In this document: positions 62,801 to 64,000 of the stretch, in pieces
How positions within the stretch are numbered: position 1 is the stretch's first letter
How the letters are laid out: the number at the start of each line of letters is the position of its first letter
From: Ostrea edulis
Taxonomy: Eukaryota
DNA length: 64,000 nucleotides
NCBI RefSeq assembly: GCF_947568905.1
Contig: NC_079164.1
Span: forward strand, 29,698,001-29,762,000
Direction: 5' to 3'
Program-made: the position numbers and the translations under genes
Notes under the pieces: generated by a model
Seen by the model: only the letters and a program-made list of their open reading frames with translations
Databases searched by the model: none
Told to the model about the DNA's origin: nothing

Positions 62801-63908
62801 GACAAATCTAAAGAGTATAAAAGATTCCTAGGAATATCTGCTATATTTTCAAAGTAAACAATCGTTTAACACCAAACCCGAATTTTCTCACCTATGTTTC
62901 AAGAATTATCGAACACGTGCTTGGTATTACTAAATTATACAAAAACATATATTAATGCATTTAGATCAGTGTTCTAATGAAAACTTACATCGGTGTGGCA
63001 TCTCAAAGGATTGAAAAAGAAGAAATTTTCAGTAAATGTAGCAGCCCCGCTGCATTGACGAAGTCCCGGACATAAAGTGCTAATCCCGTATGAACGGAAT
63101 TGAGTTTTCCGGAAAACGCGGCAGCACAGTTGTACTTCGGCTTCAGTTATTGGTTTTGATTGTCCAGTGATTATTTTGTGGGTGATGATATCAGTTCTAC
63201 CGAGATCCTCTTTTGATTTAGCAAAGACTTTGCTATAGTCTGTTAAAAGTTTTCGTATCGGTTCTAATTGGTTGTTATCTACAATTCCACATGTATCAAG
63301 GATTGGTAGAATATGTGGTGGAATATTCCCGTTGAGTACTGTTTTGTTTGCAGAAGTTGCATTATGTTGATGATCTTCAGTCTTCATTGGCTGCTCATAA
63401 AAGGTTTCGACAACAATGTTTTCCGAAATGGATATTTTGAAGACAGACTGTATCTGACTTTCTAGTCGACATGGTATGGATTTCCATTCAAGGTCAGGGT
63501 TCCATCACCTAACCTTAGTTCATATTTATTTGTTATCAAAAAATCATATCCAAGGACTGCAGGAACATCAATGTCTGCTACGATCATTCGAGTCGGGTAA
63601 ATTTCATTGTTGATACAAAGAGGAAATATTGCTACACCTAAGGGAGTGACAAATTCTCCATCTGCCATACGAAGTTCTCCACAATTACAATCTAGTACTG
63701 GTTGCAATGCATTTGGTATTTTGGTAAACACTCTACTATGAAGAACAGATGTAGATGCACCAGTATCTACTAAACAATTAAGCTGCTGATCATGCAAGGT
63801 TGCAAGTACTAACAATTCATCATTGTTGGTTCCCTTAACTTCAAAAATATTAATGGGTCGGGATGTTTCCACACTACTGGCTGAGGCATGACCCGCTGTC
63901 TCGGCCAC
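59830..63908 (-). pseudogene. Gypsy-2 pol, multiply frameshifted, with insertions at 60436-60562 and 62591-63139
   Basis: ORF-track fragments give PR, RT, RH, IN in order; the 62591-63139 insert is flanked by GCTTCAGT. Confidence 0.9.
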
Positions 63909-63920
63909 TACTCGTTTAAA
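63855..63920 (-). promoter_or_regulatory. gag-pol -1 programmed ribosomal frameshift signal
   Basis: T TTA AAC slippery heptamer, gag stop TAG, stem TGGCCGAG/CTCAGCCA, loop GGGTC pairing with downstream GACCC. Confidence 0.7.
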
Positions 63921-64000
63921 GGTTTCGATGCAACACGGTCTCTCTGATGATCTGTATCAGCATAGGAATTTGCCAACCAACGTATGTTGACGCAGGGATT

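Larger units (their letters stand above)
57530..64000 (-). mobile_element. Gypsy-2: decayed Gypsy element running off the window end
   Basis: gag end, LVDTGAS protease, RT, FILDTDAS RNase H, HHCC/DDE integrase; probable 3' LTR starting TGTAATGTG at 57530 (inner boundary unresolved). Confidence 0.85.

Overview
AT-rich eukaryotic genomic DNA, most likely an oyster (Ostreidae; it carries Cg170-type satellite arrays inside Helentron-associated elements, recognised from memory). Host genes: an intronless mitochondrial pyruvate dehydrogenase phosphatase (1672-3189, +) head-to-head with the first exon of an unidentified mitochondrial-targeted gene; a complete 11-coding-exon RBM39/CAPER gene (27005-11575, -) with a candidate poison exon; and a single-exon type II membrane glycosyltransferase-like gene (51235-50039, -). 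The rest is densely nested transposon sequence: HINEs with satellite cassettes, Kolobok/Harbinger/hAT/9-bp-TSD MITEs, SINEs, Tc1, Crypton and Penelope remnants, and three different minus-strand Gypsy LTR retrotransposons. Main discovery: all three Gypsy elements carry, between pol and their 3' end (the env position), an extra ORF that follows a splice acceptor and encodes tandem C2H2-type zinc fingers. Two of them also have TQT/VQT motifs of the dynein light chain LC8-binding type. Other notable items: a minimal hammerhead ribozyme, a satellite built from perfect estrogen-response-element palindromes, and an intact -1 frameshift/pseudoknot signal. All calls are by eye; no database searches were run.
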